Below are positions 63,151 to 64,000 of a stretch of DNA of 64,000 nucleotides, one piece after another. Source of the stretch: Paraspadella gotoi. Taxonomy: Eukaryota; Animalia; Chaetognatha. Location of the stretch: NCBI GenBank assembly GCA_051294375.1, contig CM119263.1:7332494-7396493 (forward strand), given 5' to 3'. The position numbers were made by a program, and so were the translations under genes. How positions within the stretch are numbered: position 1 is the first letter of the stretch; every line of letters begins with the position of its first letter. Under the pieces are notes generated by a model. It saw only the letters and a program-made list of their open reading frames with translations, was not told the origin of the DNA and made no database searches.

Positions 63151-64000
63151 CATTCTATTTAATCATTGATTAGAGGTCAGCGCAAGGTCAACGGCGTTGG
63201 AGGGTTGGTGGGGCCGCGCTCAAAGGTGAGAATGGTTCGTGTCTATGCTTTTAGCCTTTGGTTTACTTGTTCAAGCTCGATGTTTAAGGTTCAACTCAGG
63301 TTCGCCTTTTCTTTTTAGATGCCTAAGTTTTGCATTGAATGCTTTGTTTGCCCCATTCCAGTTTGATATATGGCGTGGATGACTTGTGGAAAAGTTTTTT
63401 ATTATGTTCATTATATTCATTTTTGATATTCGCGATAAAGCCGTTTCTCCCGCTCACCCTTTGTTTCTTTGTAGGCTCCCTATTTAGCGCTAATTAATGC
63501 GTTGCCAAGGAAGTTCTTGATTTATCTTTGTACACTAAGTATGCCACTATGTTTCCTTTTATCAAGAGTTTGAACTGGATGTTTTAGGAAAATTTTATCA
63601 CATTTAGGAATTTTTCAATAGTTTCTTGACTTAGTTTTTGCTTTATGTCGTGTTAGTTATTCCATCGGCGATCGTCTTGATTGTCATAAGATTCTTCATT
63701 TGTTGCTTTTTTGAGGCAAAGTTCGTGTTTCTTTTTTCCCCTTTGCAAAGTTTAAGCTGAAGTTTTGTGAGAATTTGTTTTCATTTCTGGTTGTTCATCC
63801 CCTGAGGCCAGTTGCCTGCCTTAGTTATTGCCTTAGGCGCTCGTTCGCGCTTAATGTCATAGAAGTAAACTTTTGTTGTATGCTTCGAAGAGAAGTCCGT
63901 CGGCCTATTTATGGTTGTCATAAATACAACAGGATATTTCCGAGAGTTGTTGGTGAATGATTTGTTAGATTGCTCCATTTGGATGCTTTTAACTGGACCT

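Overview
Eukaryotic (invertebrate animal) genomic scaffold: AT-rich, with spliceosomal introns and many microsatellites. The supplied six-frame ORFs are mostly spurious, so exons were reconstructed by hand from splice sites and phases. Main content, all on the minus strand: (1) a complete 5-exon GM2-activator-like (ML-domain) gene at 2707-3782. (2) A tropomyosin gene (canonical 284-aa path, 22146-39546) with unusually many alternative exons: two first exons, five 118-nt exon-4 variants, and two variants each of exons 5, 7, 8 and 9. It also has a candidate non-coiled-coil exon in exon-4 phase and a candidate upstream exon adding 13 aa to the N-terminus. (3) A highly divergent tropomyosin exon 5-9 cassette at 5315-6191, downstream of the gene, with no exons 1-3 of its own that I could find. 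Much of the rest looks like assembly artefact next to 25-N gaps: a ~10.7 kb indel-ridden tandem copy of exons 3-9 (10345-21020), a ~3.1 kb inverted duplication (39154-45574), a ~0.8 kb tandem duplicate (53.7-55.4 kb), and low-quality sequence with probable LINE relics after 56.4 kb. A GGAC-microsatellite, hairpin-ended Helentron/DINE-1-like repeat occurs at ~41.7-42.3 kb and 46.4-46.9 kb. No rRNA, tRNA or CRISPR array was seen.
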